DNA of 63,951 nt, counting the filler. It is 8 parts of 8 records of this genome, joined end to end, with 100 filler letters (N's around TTAATTAATTAA, not from the genome) between each part and the next. Parts side by side here need not be neighbours in the genome. Positions count along the whole stretch, not along the records: positions 35,997 to 40,590 come from SRR20825010_356; positions 40,691 to 48,649 come from SRR20825010_361; positions 48,750 to 60,772 come from SRR20825010_366; 5 more parts are not named here. One strand, written 5' to 3'. Below, piece by piece: positions 40,133 to 50,727 of the stretch. The translations under genes and the position numbers were made by a program. The notes under the pieces are model-generated. The model was not told where the DNA came from and did not search any database. It saw nothing but the letters and a program-made list of their open reading frames with translations. Position 1 is the first letter of the stretch. Each line of letters begins with the position of its first letter.

Positions 40133-40463
40133 CAGTTCTTGCTTCCCCAGCTGTGCCCTGACGGCGCGCTGGTGCTTTGGGGGGCCGTTTCGCGGGCACC
40201 GATTGTGATGCGGGCAGCCCGGTCCTTTTTGTTCCGGGGCGTTCGGGCCGTCGTTGAAGAGCATGTAGGATGCCGCGCAAGCTGCCACATTTTTGCCACA
40301 GATCGCGGCGGGATTGTGGCTCTTCAGCCCAATTTCCGCCTTATACCCGGGGCTTCGGGCAATTGACTGTAGCGGCGTTTCCAAAAGTAAGATAATTCGC
40401 GAAGTGTAATAACAAGCTTGCCGACCTAAACAAGGCGAGCACAGAGGTAGAGCGGTGCAAATT

Positions 40464-40590
40464 ATGAACGCGATTAATTTCGTGACCCGTACCCGTACGG
40501 GCGACGTTGAGCGTGGTGCAGTCGATGGGGACGGCAAAGGCTTCCTGATTGGTGCGACCGGCGGTCAGGATATTTCCCTGAACATCAGTC
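40464..40590 (+). CDS. N-terminus of a probable large Ig-like repeat adhesin (3' truncated)
   Basis: MNAINFVTRTRTGDVERGAV...GQDISLNIS resembles N-termini of roseobacter giant surface proteins. Only about 42 codons are visible. Confidence 0.45.
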
Positions 40591-40691
40591 NNNNNNNNNN
40601 NNNNNNNNNNNNNNNNNNNNNNNNNNNNNNNNNNTTAATTAATTAANNNNNNNNNNNNNNNNNNNNNNNNNNNNNNNNNNNNNNNNNNNNT

Positions 40692-40726
40692 CCCTGTGCC
40701 CCTGTGCCCCTGTGCCCCTGTGCCCC
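40692..40726. repeat. Tandem 8-mer (CCCTGTGC)x4 at the contig start
   Basis: Directly visible; abuts the contig edge. Confidence 0.9.
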
Positions 40727-40740
40727 TTTCCACTCCCAAA

Positions 40741-41646
40741 TCACCATTCCTCGGTTGGTTCACCAAACAGTGAATCACCGAGCAAGAACCATCCGATGAC
40801 GGCGAGTAAAAGGACCGCGACAACGACCGCCGTGGAAACTCGGACCATCGTCGATCTTTCCCGAAGCCACGCGTCGGGAATCGAGACACAAGTTGGCATC
40901 AGCAGGATCAATCCGTACAACCAAGTCGGATGCTCTTCATAGGTATAGAACCGTCCCGTCGCGGTGGTGCTCGCCGCCAACAACAGCACTGCGGGAAACA
41001 ACTTGCCTATCGTCGATTCGGGCATCAGCACTGCGGCAACCGCGAAAACGAATATTGAAACCAGTCCGCTCACCATCCATTCCGCCAGACCACCGTAGGC
41101 ACTGGCCGCTAGTAAAGTGGGAGCGACCAAACCGGCCAATCCAACCCAAAGAATCCACGATGATGCACCGTGACGACGCATCCGGTCCAAAGACCAAACG
41201 TTGATCAGCGATGCCGCCGCCACGGATGCCATCCAAGGCCGATGAAGCGGCAACATATCGGTCCATCCATCTCCGGTTGGCATGGTCCACATCGCAGTCG
41301 CGACGGAGCCCAGACCGGCAATCAACCACCAGAGTCCAAAGTTCGTTCGCGGGCTTGCCGCTTGCAATGAATCTGCTTCGCATGGACACGCGGCCAGCAA
41401 CAACGACGCGATCCCGATAGGGACCAATACAATTTGCCAAGCCTCCAAAGCGGACCAATCCAAGTTCTGTCTCGCGTACATGCAGGCACTGACCGCGACA
41501 CACCAACCAATCACGGCTAGCACTGCTGGCAGCGGTCGCGACCAAGCGTTCGATTCGGAACGCTGAATCGCCCACACACCAACGACAAACGCCAGCGACA
41601 AGATCGCTGGCGTTATCACGCACCAAAGTAGGATTTGAGTTTCCAC
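40741..41646 (-). CDS. Hypothetical multi-pass membrane protein
   Basis: About 10 hydrophobic, Trp-rich segments. GTG start 4 nt downstream of the yceI stop. Confidence 0.7.
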   Translation of the reverse strand: METQILLWCVITPAILSLAFVVGVWAIQRSESNAWSRPLPAVLAVIGWCVAVSACMYARQNLDWSALEAWQIVLVPIGIASLLLAACPCEADSLQAASPRTNFGLWWLIAGLGSVATAMWTMPTGDGWTDMLPLHRPWMASVAAASLINVWSLDRMRRHGASSWILWVGLAGLVAPTLLAASAYGGLAEWMVSGLVSIFVFAVAAVLMPESTIGKLFPAVLLLAASTTATGRFYTYEEHPTWLYGLILLMPTCVSIPDAWLRERSTMVRVSTAVVVAVLLLAVIGWFLLGDSLFGEPTEEW

Positions 41647-41650
41647 GGTT

Positions 41651-42202
41651 TTATCGTTTGAAAACGAGCAACGCGCGGATGGCAACATCGTCGCTGATCT
41701 TGCCTTTTCCGTAGGTCATGCCCCACTTGGTTCGATCAATATCAAAATTCGCGGCCAAGACCAGCATGTCTTCAGTCAGCTTTGGCATCGACGGGATCGT
41801 GACTTCGACCGTTTTGCCGAGCATGGTTAGCTTCCCAACAATGTTGACTTTATCTTGCGAAGCATCATGTTCAATCTTGGTCGATTCGAACGTGATCTTT
41901 GGGTGTTTGCGAACATCGAAGAAGTCGGGATTCTTCAAGTGATTTGTCAGCTTGTCGTCATCTGACCAAAGGCTGGTTGCGTCAATTTCAATCTTCAGTG
42001 ATCCCTTGCTGGGATCTTCCAAATTCAAAGTCGCCTCGGCGGTGAATTTCTTGAAACCACCATCGTGCTTGCCATCGGGTTTTGCCCCGATGAAAGAGAT
42101 CTTTGATTGTTCCGAATCAAAGGTTGGCTTTTCCTCGGCTGAAGCGACCACGGAAGAAACACAAACCAACGTCAACATCAAGGCAACACGTTGCATCATC
42201 AT
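41651..42202 (-). CDS. YceI-family periplasmic lipid/polyisoprenoid-binding protein
   Basis: Signal peptide; SKISF, HLKNPDFFDV, FESTKI and IDRTKWGM. Confidence 0.92.
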   Translation of the reverse strand: MMMQRVALMLTLVCVSSVVASAEEKPTFDSEQSKISFIGAKPDGKHDGGFKKFTAEATLNLEDPSKGSLKIEIDATSLWSDDDKLTNHLKNPDFFDVRKHPKITFESTKIEHDASQDKVNIVGKLTMLGKTVEVTIPSMPKLTEDMLVLAANFDIDRTKWGMTYGKGKISDDVAIRALLVFKR

Positions 42203-42370
42203 GTACGAAACCTTCGAAAGATGGGGGACAGAGCATTCTCATAAGAACGAGTCTCAACCGACAATGTCCGAACCTAGCCAGCATCCGCCGAAAAATGGCG
42301 AATGCTTCGGCCGGAATTGCAGTTGGCACTCATGCTCGCAATTGTCGCATGCGGTTCAGCGACAAACAAC

Positions 42371-45016
42371 TCACCCAGAGAACACGAATTGATCGCCATC
42401 GTGGTCGATCTTGATCGTGGTGCCTTCGGCATAGCTGTTCTTCAAAATCGCTGAAGCAAGCGGATTCTGCACCTCGCGTTGGATCACACGCTTCAGAGGC
42501 CTTGCCCCATACGCTGGGTCATAACCCACTTCCGCAATTTGATCGATCGCAGCGTCTGAGATTTCGAATGACAAGCCATTGGCTGCCAAACGCGAACGCA
42601 GCTCTTCGAGTTGCAATTGAACAATCCTGCGAATCTGAGTTTGCTGCAGCGGGTGAAAGATCACTGTGTCATCGATCCGGTTGAGAAACTCTGGCAAGAA
42701 CCTTGCCTTCAAAGCATCTTCCACCGCCTGACGCATTTCATCTTCACCACCGCCTTCCTCCGTCACTCGCTGAATCACCTGGCTACCAACATTGCTGGTC
42801 ATCACAACCACGGTATTGGCAAAGTTCACCGTTCGGCCTTGCCCGTCGGTCAATCGCCCATCATCGAGCACTTGCAACAGAACATTGAACACATCCGGAT
42901 GCGCCTTCTCCATCTCATCGAGCAGAATCACGGCGTAAGGTCTCCGGCGAACAGCCTCGGTTAGCTTGCCGCCCTCTTCGTAGCCAACGTAGCCGGGAGG
43001 CGCACCAATCAGTCGCGACACGCTGTGACGTTCCATGAACTCACTCATGTCGATCCGAACCATTGCGGATTCATCATCAAACATGACTTCCGCCAGTGCT
43101 TTGCAAAGCTCCGTCTTTCCGACACCGGTGGGTCCTAGGAACAGGAACGAACCGATCGGACGATTGGGATCTTGCAACCCGCTACGACTGCGACGAACGG
43201 CATCCGAAACTGCGGTGACCGCTTCATCCTGTCCAACAACCCGTTGATGCAATCGCTCTTCCATCACCAACAACTTGGCTCGTTCGGTTTCCATCATTCG
43301 AGTGACGGGAACACCGGTCCAAGTGCTGACGACCTCTGCAATTTCTTCTTCGGTAACTTCCTTGCGAAGCAGGCGACGTTTTTCATCTCCTGGTTCTTCC
43401 TTGGTTTGATCCGCTGAATCGTCATGTTTTTCAGCTTCATCAATCCGGGCCTGCAACTCACGAAGCCGCGATTGCACCTGCAGCATCTCGCTATACACAT
43501 CCTCAGGACTCTCGCCTCGAAGCTGCTTCTCCTTCGCATCCGCATCTAGCTGAGCAAAGCGATGTTGAAGCTGATCAACTTCTTGTCGAACGGACTGGAC
43601 GTCGTCCAAGCCCATTTTTTCGGTTTCCCATTGTTCCTTCAAACTGGCCAACTCTGCTTTGGCAGATTCCATTTCTTCTTCCACCTCGACGCGTTTATCG
43701 ACGGCGGAAGCTTCTTGTTCGTCCACCAACTGACGGTGAACCAATTCCAATTGGCGAAGACGCCGTTGCAAACGATCAATCGGTTCAGGCACACTTTCTT
43801 TTTCCATCGCCAAACGACTGGCGGCTTCGTCGATCAAGTCGATCGCTTTGTCCGGCAGGAATCGATCCGCAATGTAACGATCCGATAGATTGGCGGCGGC
43901 AACCAAAGCACTGTCTGTGATACGGACACCATGATGCGATTCGTAACGAGGTTTCAGCCCTCGCAGAATCGCGACGGTGTCTTCGACGTTTGGTTCACCC
44001 ACGAAAACCGGTTGGAACCGACGCTCGAGCGCCGCGTCCTTTTCGATGTGCTGGCGATACTCATCCAAAGTCGTGGCACCGATGCACCGCAGCGCACCTC
44101 GGGCTAGTTCAGGCTTGAGCAAGTTCGCTGCGTCAGCCGAACCTTCCGCGTTGCCAGCACCAACGACCAAGTGCAACTCATCGATAAATAGAATCACTTT
44201 GCCATCGGAGTCTTTGACTTCGCGAAGCACCGACTTCAAACGCTCTTCGAAATCACCGCGGAACTTGGCTCCCGCGACGAGTGCTCCCATGTCGAGCGAG
44301 ACGACCTTCTTGCCTTTGAGGCTTTGAGGAACATCACCTTCGAAGATACGAAGTGCCAATCCCTCCGCGATTGCTGTTTTACCGACACCAGGCTGTCCGA
44401 TCAGAACGGGATTGTTCTTTGTCCGACGCGAGAGAACCTGAATCACACGACGGATCTCATTGTCACGTCCGATAACAGGATCCAGCTTGCCGCTTTGAGC
44501 CAACTGGGTCAGGTCGATGCCAAACTTCTCGAGAGCTTGATAAGTCGATTCTGCATTGGGGTCGGTCACGCGAGCCGATCCGCGGATTTGGCTCATTGCC
44601 GTGAGCAGATCGTTGTCCGACACACCCAGCAAAGACAACAGATTTTTGGCTTTGTTGTCGGTGCGAGCCAAACCAACGAGCAGATGCTCGGTGCTGACGT
44701 ACTCGTCCTTCAAAGACTCTGCCGAGGTCGCCGACGCCTCCAGTGCCGCTTGCAATTTTGCGGAGACGCGAGCTTGTCCCATGCCTGATGCGTGAGGCAG
44801 CTTATCCAGTTCGCTCGCCAACAATGACTTCAACTTTGGCACATCCACGTTGATCTTTTCGAGCAACGGCGTCGCGATACCGTCTCGCTGGTTCACCGCG
44901 GCGGAAAGAACATGCAACGGATCAATCTCGGCGTTGCCGGCCGAAGTGGCCTGAGCTTGCGCTTCTGCGACCACGTTTTGAGCTTGTGTTGTGAGTTTGT
45001 CGATTCGAAAGGCCAT
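42371..45016 (-). CDS. clpB: Chaperone ClpB
   Basis: Two AAA+ modules ([16 protein letters not shown]), coiled-coil M-domain, [12 protein letters not shown]. Confidence 0.97.
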   Translation of the reverse strand: MAFRIDKLTTQAQNVVAEAQAQATSAGNAEIDPLHVLSAAVNQRDGIATPLLEKINVDVPKLKSLLASELDKLPHASGMGQARVSAKLQAALEASATSAESLKDEYVSTEHLLVGLARTDNKAKNLLSLLGVSDNDLLTAMSQIRGSARVTDPNAESTYQALEKFGIDLTQLAQSGKLDPVIGRDNEIRRVIQVLSRRTKNNPVLIGQPGVGKTAIAEGLALRIFEGDVPQSLKGKKVVSLDMGALVAGAKFRGDFEERLKSVLREVKDSDGKVILFIDELHLVVGAGNAEGSADAANLLKPELARGALRCIGATTLDEYRQHIEKDAALERRFQPVFVGEPNVEDTVAILRGLKPRYESHHGVRITDSALVAAANLSDRYIADRFLPDKAIDLIDEAASRLAMEKESVPEPIDRLQRRLRQLELVHRQLVDEQEASAVDKRVEVEEEMESAKAELASLKEQWETEKMGLDDVQSVRQEVDQLQHRFAQLDADAKEKQLRGESPEDVYSEMLQVQSRLRELQARIDEAEKHDDSADQTKEEPGDEKRRLLRKEVTEEEIAEVVSTWTGVPVTRMMETERAKLLVMEERLHQRVVGQDEAVTAVSDAVRRSRSGLQDPNRPIGSFLFLGPTGVGKTELCKALAEVMFDDESAMVRIDMSEFMERHSVSRLIGAPPGYVGYEEGGKLTEAVRRRPYAVILLDEMEKAHPDVFNVLLQVLDDGRLTDGQGRTVNFANTVVVMTSNVGSQVIQRVTEEGGGEDEMRQAVEDALKARFLPEFLNRIDDTVIFHPLQQTQIRRIVQLQLEELRSRLAANGLSFEISDAAIDQIAEVGYDPAYGARPLKRVIQREVQNPLASAILKNSYAEGTTIKIDHDGDQFVFSG

Positions 45017-45086
45017 CAGAATCTCCAGGCAGAGAAGTGGGTGGGATAAGGAGGTGGGACGCGGAATCAATCAGGAGGATCAGCAA

Positions 45087-45103
45087 TACAATTCCCGCGC
45101 CGA
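45087..45103 (-). promoter_or_regulatory. Imperfect sigma54-like -24/-12 element upstream of clpB
   Basis: The minus strand reads TCGGCGCGGGAATTGTA (GG-N10-GT), between the dnaK terminator and the clpB start. Confidence 0.35.
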
Positions 45104-45134
45104 ACGGCATTGCAGAGACAAAATGAATGGGCAT

Positions 45135-45183
45135 AAAAAAAGCGAGCGCCCGCTCGACTGCGATGCAGCCGAGCGAGACTCGC
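45135..45183 (-). terminator. Intrinsic terminator after dnaK
   Basis: Minus-strand long hairpin GCGAGTCTCGCTCGGCTGC-ATC-GCAGTCGAGCGGGCGCTCGC followed by T7. Confidence 0.8.
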
Positions 45184-45240
45184 CGTTATCAAAAACGTGC
45201 GAGCCGAAAGGATTCAACCATCCGACTCACATCGGTTGGG

Positions 45241-47178
45241 TCACTCTTTGACTTCGAACTCCGCGTCGATCGCGTCGTCGTCGTCTCCACCGCCCGCGGT
45301 TGCACCAGCGGCACCCGCCGCATCGGCACCGGCTTCGCCTGCCGCATCGGTCTTCTCGTACAAGACCTTGCTGAACGCCTGCGAGGCGGCTTCCAATTCG
45401 TCCGACGCAGCTTTGATCTCAGCCAAGTCATCGCCTTCAGCGGCTTTCTTGACCTTTTCAATCGCAGCGTTCATCGGAGCCTTGTCGTCATCGGACAACT
45501 TGTCGTCGTTCTCGCCCATCAACTTTTCAAGTTGGTAAACCTGTTGGTTGACCTTGTTGCGAGCCTCGACCAATTCAAATTGTCGCTTGTCTTCTTCCGC
45601 GTTGGCTTCCGCGTCCTTCTGCATTTGCTCGATATCACTATCCGAAAGCGCGCCGCTGTCTTTGATCTCGACGTTGGCTTCTTTCCCGGTTTTCAGTTCC
45701 TTCGCCGAGACACTCAGGATGCCGTTTTGGTCGATGTCAAACTTGACCTCGATTTGAGGCACACCACGTGGTGCGGCGGGGATGTCTTCCAGGTTGAATT
45801 CGGCAAGCAATCGGTTCGCATTGGCCATCTTGCGTTCCCCTTGGAACACTCGAACGGTCACAGCGGTTTGGTTGTCCGCGGCGGTGCTGAAGACGTTCTT
45901 CTTCTCGGCCGGAATTGTCGTGTTGCGTTCGACCAGTGCGGTCATCACGCCACCTTCGGTTTCAATCCCGAGCGTCAATGGAGTCACGTCGAGCAGCAAC
46001 ACGTCGTTGCGGTCACCGGCCAACACACTGCCTTGAATCGCGGCACCAACTGCAACCACTTCGTCGGGGTTCACACCTTGGTGAGGGTCTTTGCCGAAGA
46101 TGCTTTTGACAACTTCGCGTACCTTTGGCACCCGTGTGCTACCACCGACCAAGACGACTTCGTCGATGTCTTTGGGATCCATGCCAGCATCTTTCAACGC
46201 TTGCAGAACTGGCCCACGGCAACGCTCCACCAACGCATCGATCAATTCTTCGAATTTTGATCGAGTGATCTTCATCGTCAGGTGCTTCGGTCCCGAAGCA
46301 TCCATCGTGATAAAGGGCAAGTTGATGTCGGTTTCTGGCAAAGTGCTGAGTTCTTTCTTTGCCTTCTCGCAAGCTTCTTGCAAACGTTGCAACGCCATCG
46401 CGTCGTTGCGTAGATCGATGCCGTTATCCTTTTGGAATTCGCTGGCAACGTAGTTGATCAACGCTTCATCGAAGTCATCGCCACCGAGGTGAGTGTCACC
46501 CGAGGTGCTAACAACTTGGAACACGCGGCTTTCCTGTTCTTCATCGCCGCTGTCAGCGACTTCCAGAACCGAGACGTCAAACGTACCACCACCCAAGTCG
46601 AAGACGATGATGCTCTCGTCCTTCTTCTTATCCAACCCGTAAGCCAGTGCGGCGGCGGTTGGTTCGTTGATGATCCGAGCAACTTCCAATCCGGCGATTT
46701 GGCCTGCGTCTTTGGTTGCTTGTCGCTGTGCGTCATTGAAGTAAGCAGGAACGGTGATGACCGCTTTGTTGACTTTATGCCCCAAGTACGACTCAGCCGA
46801 CTCCTTCAACTTGCGAAGAACCTTGGCGGAGATTTCTTGTGGCGTGTACTCGCTGTCGCCAACCTGAATCTTGACGTAATCGCCAGGTCCACCGGTGATG
46901 CCATAGGGCACCATTTTCTCTTCCGATTGAACTTCGTTGTGACGACGTCCCATGAAACGCTTTGCCGAGTAAACGGTACGCTTCGGGTTGGTGACGGCTT
47001 GACGTCGAGCGGGTTCGCCGACGATGGTTTCTTGCTTGTCAGTGAAAGCGACCACGCTGGGAGTCAGCCGGTTGCCTTCAGGGTTTGGGATAACTTTGGG
47101 CTCGCTACCTTCCATGATCGCGACCACGCTGTTGGTGGTCCCGAGGTCGATACCGATGATTTTTTCGCCTTGTGCCAT
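45241..47178 (-). CDS. dnaK: Chaperone DnaK
   Basis: [39 protein letters not shown] and C-terminal IDAEFEVK. Confidence 0.98.
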   Translation of the reverse strand: MAQGEKIIGIDLGTTNSVVAIMEGSEPKVIPNPEGNRLTPSVVAFTDKQETIVGEPARRQAVTNPKRTVYSAKRFMGRRHNEVQSEEKMVPYGITGGPGDYVKIQVGDSEYTPQEISAKVLRKLKESAESYLGHKVNKAVITVPAYFNDAQRQATKDAGQIAGLEVARIINEPTAAALAYGLDKKKDESIIVFDLGGGTFDVSVLEVADSGDEEQESRVFQVVSTSGDTHLGGDDFDEALINYVASEFQKDNGIDLRNDAMALQRLQEACEKAKKELSTLPETDINLPFITMDASGPKHLTMKITRSKFEELIDALVERCRGPVLQALKDAGMDPKDIDEVVLVGGSTRVPKVREVVKSIFGKDPHQGVNPDEVVAVGAAIQGSVLAGDRNDVLLLDVTPLTLGIETEGGVMTALVERNTTIPAEKKNVFSTAADNQTAVTVRVFQGERKMANANRLLAEFNLEDIPAAPRGVPQIEVKFDIDQNGILSVSAKELKTGKEANVEIKDSGALSDSDIEQMQKDAEANAEEDKRQFELVEARNKVNQQVYQLEKLMGENDDKLSDDDKAPMNAAIEKVKKAAEGDDLAEIKAASDELEAASQAFSKVLYEKTDAAGEAGADAAGAAGATAGGGDDDDAIDAEFEVKE

Positions 47179-47304
47179 GATGCGTGAGCTCCTGTGTCCG
47201 AACTGGATGGTGGGTGTCAAATGATATGAATTTGGATTTCGCCGGGCCGACCGCGGCCCCTGAGCGGTCCATTTCGTCAGCCTTTTGGTTGGATCCACAG
47301 ATAT

Positions 47305-47321
47305 GGCAAGATCTGTGCCAG
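47305..47321 (-). promoter_or_regulatory. sigma54 (RpoN) -24/-12 promoter motif upstream of dnaK
   Basis: The minus strand reads CTGGCAC-AGATC-TTGC, an exact TGGCAC-N5-TTGC match, about 127 nt upstream of the dnaK ATG. Confidence 0.7.
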
Positions 47322-47517
47322 AGCCCCTCCCGCAGTGTGCTTGCCAAAAAGTCAACTCTCAAAAAACACGTGTTTCGCCGACCCAAAACACGACCACACG
47401 TTTCAAAAAAATCCGTCAAAACCGTTTTGGCAGCCCACTCAAAACTACTCTCTATGCCACAATGCTGCCTTGCCAAAACGGCAGTCATCTTTCGCTCACG
47501 CCCGAAAATTCACTCTC

Positions 47518-48609
47518 ATGAGTTCAGTTGACCCACGCGATACGATCGCATCGATCGACACACAAATCCTCGATCTGCTGCGTGAACGCTGCCGAGCGAT
47601 GACTGAAAACACGGCGTCAAATCCCAATCCGGATTGGGCCAGCACGCTGGCATCGATTGACGCTGTCGTGGACCGGTTCCAACAATCGGGATCCGGAAAC
47701 GATGGCACAAACAACGAAATGCCAGAGAGCGAGATCCAGCGGAACATACTGCAACACGTTGCGTCGGCTTGCTGGCGAGCCACTCGACCGGGAACTTACG
47801 CGTTCCTTGGCCCACCGGACAGTTACAGCCATTTGGCGGCACTGGCTTATTTTGGGGAAGCCGCCAACTTGCTTCCAGTGTCTTCGATCGGGGCTGTCTT
47901 TGACGCAGTTGGGCGAAGTGATTGCGCCGGAGGAATTGTGCCGATCGAGAACAGTACCGATGGCCGCGTCGTCGATACCTTCGGCCGGCTATCCAAAGGC
48001 GAAGTATCAATCACCGGCGAAGTGCAGCTTGCAATCCATCACCAGCTGCTCGCGATGTGCGATCGCGACTCCATCACCGAAGTCCACAGTAAACCGCAAG
48101 CGATCTCCCAGTGCCGCGTTTGGCTCGCCAACCATTTGCCCAAAGCGAAACTGATCGAGTGCAGCTCGACAGCGGCCGCCGCGAAACTGGCCGCGACTCA
48201 AACTGGCGTCGCTGCAATCGCCAGCGAAGCCGCCGGTCGCCGCCATGGACTTCGCGTCATTGGCGCCAACATCGAAGACAATCGCGACAACGTGACCCGA
48301 TTCGCGGTGCTCGGCCACGAACAACCGGCACCCACAGGCCAGGACAAAACAACGCTGCTGTTTCAAGTCGCCCACCAACCCGGCGCGTTGGCCGATGTGA
48401 TGGGCATCTTCAAACGACACGAATTGAACCTGACTTGGATTGAATCGTTCCCTCAACCCGGCACCAAGAACGAGTACTTCTTCGTCGTTGAGTTTCCCGG
48501 GCATTGCCAAGACATCGCGATCGCGAAAGCAATCGAAGACCTCAAGACAGCGACCCACCACACCCATGTGCTAGGAAGCTATGGCCGCGCGGCACGAGCG
48601 GAGAGCTAG
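47518..48609 (+). CDS. pheA: Prephenate dehydratase with an N-terminal AroQ-like domain
   Basis: AFLGPPDSYS, VPIENSTDG, SKPQAISQC, NVTRF and ACT domain NLTWIESFP. Confidence 0.93.
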   Translation: MSSVDPRDTIASIDTQILDLLRERCRAMTENTASNPNPDWASTLASIDAVVDRFQQSGSGNDGTNNEMPESEIQRNILQHVASACWRATRPGTYAFLGPPDSYSHLAALAYFGEAANLLPVSSIGAVFDAVGRSDCAGGIVPIENSTDGRVVDTFGRLSKGEVSITGEVQLAIHHQLLAMCDRDSITEVHSKPQAISQCRVWLANHLPKAKLIECSSTAAAAKLAATQTGVAAIASEAAGRRHGLRVIGANIEDNRDNVTRFAVLGHEQPAPTGQDKTTLLFQVAHQPGALADVMGIFKRHELNLTWIESFPQPGTKNEYFFVVEFPGHCQDIAIAKAIEDLKTATHHTHVLGSYGRAARAES

Positions 48610-48849
48610 TGGCCAGAAAGCTAAGCAGGTCGGCAGGAATGATCGGGTANNNNNNNNNNNNNNNNNNNNNNNNNNNNNNNNNNNNNNNNNNNNTTAATTA
48701 ATTAANNNNNNNNNNNNNNNNNNNNNNNNNNNNNNNNNNNNNNNNNNNNGCGGCTCAATAAATCAACAGCCTGCTAGGCAGTCTTGTCTGTGATCGATGG
48801 TGTTGAAGATCTTGAGCGATTGGATCGACCGAGGGCGATCACTCAATGC

Positions 48850-48881
48850 AAAACGCTGGACCCGTGATCGGATCCAGCGTT
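48850..48881 (-). terminator. Probable terminator after the small lipoprotein gene
   Basis: AACGCTGGA...TCCAGCGTT stem with a short T-run on the minus strand. Confidence 0.6.
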
Positions 48882-48903
48882 GATGGCGATGTGAGCGAAT
48901 GGC

Positions 48904-49089
48904 CTACTTTCCGTAAGCTTCTTTCGCCGATGAGTTCATCATCGATTCGTAGTCTTCCATCTCCTGTGCCGCATCAGCGGGTTGCTGGATGACAGTCGAT
49001 TCGTTGGTGTCGCATCCGGCACAGAGTAACGAGAGGCACATCAGGGACAGGAAGGTGATCAATCGGTTGGAGTGTTTGGTATTGGTCAT
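48904..49089 (-). CDS. Small acidic lipoprotein downstream of DUF1559
   Basis: MTNTKHSNRLITFLSLMCLSLLCAG-C lipobox followed by about 35 polar/acidic residues. Confidence 0.65.
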   Translation of the reverse strand: MTNTKHSNRLITFLSLMCLSLLCAGCDTNESTVIQQPADAAQEMEDYESMMNSSAKEAYGK

Positions 49090-49206
49090 CTGGTTGCAAA
49101 TTGAATAAAGAGAAGCGTGAAGAAATCCGAAAGGAAGGAAGCGTTGCTGCGAGATTGCAACAACGCTTCTAATTCTCATTTGCCGGAGCAAATGCCTTTC
49201 CGGCTA

Positions 49207-50409
49207 TCAAAGCGAGTCAAATGAGACCGTTTCTTTGTTGGCTTTGGTGCCAAGAGCACCCCACAGTCCGTAGGGGCTCTGAGTTCCTGCGTTGCCTGGG
49301 TTGTGATCTTTGTAGACCGTGTGAGCACGCGAGTTTCCTGCTTCGATTGAATCGGTGATGAACTTCACCGCTCCGTCGCCCATCAGGACGTGCACACCAC
49401 CTTGGTGACGCGAACTGGGCGGGTACATGCCCCAGGTGCTGTCGGCCGTGGTGCGTGAGACGGTTTCACTGTTGGGTGATAGGATGGTGTTCATACCGGA
49501 GTGCTGCATTTCGCCATCGGCCCAGTGAAAACCACGTGCCCAGCTTGCACGGGAACCATCGCCGGCAGCGTTGTCAGTCGTCAAGTTTTCGCCAGCACGC
49601 CAAAATTGCGGTCGTTCCGGATCAATCTTGTCGTTGTCGCGAGCCCAAGAAGGATTGTCTCTCAGGACAGCCGATCCAGGACCGTCGATTGGTGCGGTTC
49701 GGATATCGCGGTCACCCAAATCAGTCGCGATTTCGCCGGCTGCGATCGTGTTGGACAATCCGTCCAAGACATCACGGAAGCCGGTGTACTGACGAGCGAC
49801 AAACATGCCGCGACCCGAGATGCGGATTTGTTCCGCGTATCCCGAATTCATGACGAGTGGATTGGAACCGCTCCACGCACCGACTTCGTTGTATTCGACG
49901 GCGTCGCCTTGGCACGCGGCGTAGTTGGTTCGGCCCAGTGCGGGCAGACCGGTTCCTGGATCGCTGGGGCAACGAAGCGCAGCCAATTCAGTGATCCAAG
50001 GCGTGTAGTCCGTTCGCCATGGTGCTGGTCCCATGCCCGGCCAAGGCGTGGCACGGAGTGTTCCGTCGGTGTTGATTGCCAACGGATGACTGATTTGTTC
50101 CCACAATCCTTGTTGTTCGATGAAGGGCAAAATCGTAGGCAACCAACCAAGACGCAATTGGTTTCCGCCCAGCGATCCGTCGTTGGCGTTGTTCGTGCCA
50201 CCTTTCTGTGCCGGCAGCTTGTTGTAAGCCGAGTGGTAGTTGTGAAGTGCGAGGCCGATTTGCTTGAAGTTGTTGCTGCAGCTCATTCGTCGAGCCGCTT
50301 CCCGAGCTGCTTGGACTGCTGGTAGTAACAAACCAACAAGAACGCCGATGATGGCAATGACCACCAATAGTTCCACCAATGTAAAACCGTTTCTGCGCAC
50401 CTTCTTCAT
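49207..50409 (-). CDS. DUF1559 prepilin-type N-methylation domain protein
   Basis: GFTLVELLVVIAIIGVLVGLLLPAVQAAREAARRMSCSNN, RCPSDP, DGLSNT and H-X9-DG motif HQGGVHVLMGDG. ATG at 50409. Confidence 0.95.
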   Translation of the reverse strand: MKKVRRNGFTLVELLVVIAIIGVLVGLLLPAVQAAREAARRMSCSNNFKQIGLALHNYHSAYNKLPAQKGGTNNANDGSLGGNQLRLGWLPTILPFIEQQGLWEQISHPLAINTDGTLRATPWPGMGPAPWRTDYTPWITELAALRCPSDPGTGLPALGRTNYAACQGDAVEYNEVGAWSGSNPLVMNSGYAEQIRISGRGMFVARQYTGFRDVLDGLSNTIAAGEIATDLGDRDIRTAPIDGPGSAVLRDNPSWARDNDKIDPERPQFWRAGENLTTDNAAGDGSRASWARGFHWADGEMQHSGMNTILSPNSETVSRTTADSTWGMYPPSSRHQGGVHVLMGDGAVKFITDSIEAGNSRAHTVYKDHNPGNAGTQSPYGLWGALGTKANKETVSFDSL

Positions 50410-50727
50410 AAGACTCTCCCCGAGAGCTGAATCGCGAATGGATGGCACCAGCCAATGCTGAAGTCGAGAATTCGACTGTGGTGCCTGAGTGGTAGACAAG
50501 ACAACGTCTTCCAAGAATCGCTTGGTGCTCGTTGTGCCACTTCTAAGGGGATTAAGTTCTCCTGCGATGCAATTGTTTCGCGAGAATCTCAAAAAAGAGT
50601 GCAACTTTTCACCGACGGTTCGCGAACCAATCAGGCACCGCCAAACGGGGCGGTCCCAAGTGAGCGACCCGGGGTTGGTCCAGGAGTGCCGCGTCCTTCG
50701 CTCTCGCGAGGAGCAAATCGAGGGCTG

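Noticed and set aside
45241..47355. N-terminal extensions on DnaK, ClpB, PheA, DUF1559 and the arylsulfatase in the ORF track
   Set aside because: They are upstream in-frame run-ons. Family N-termini begin at later ATGs (47178, 45016, 47518, 50409, 54522).
50617..50628. 12-bp palindrome GGTTCGCGAACC upstream of DUF1559
   Set aside because: It is short and single-copy with no supporting context, so chance is a sufficient explanation.
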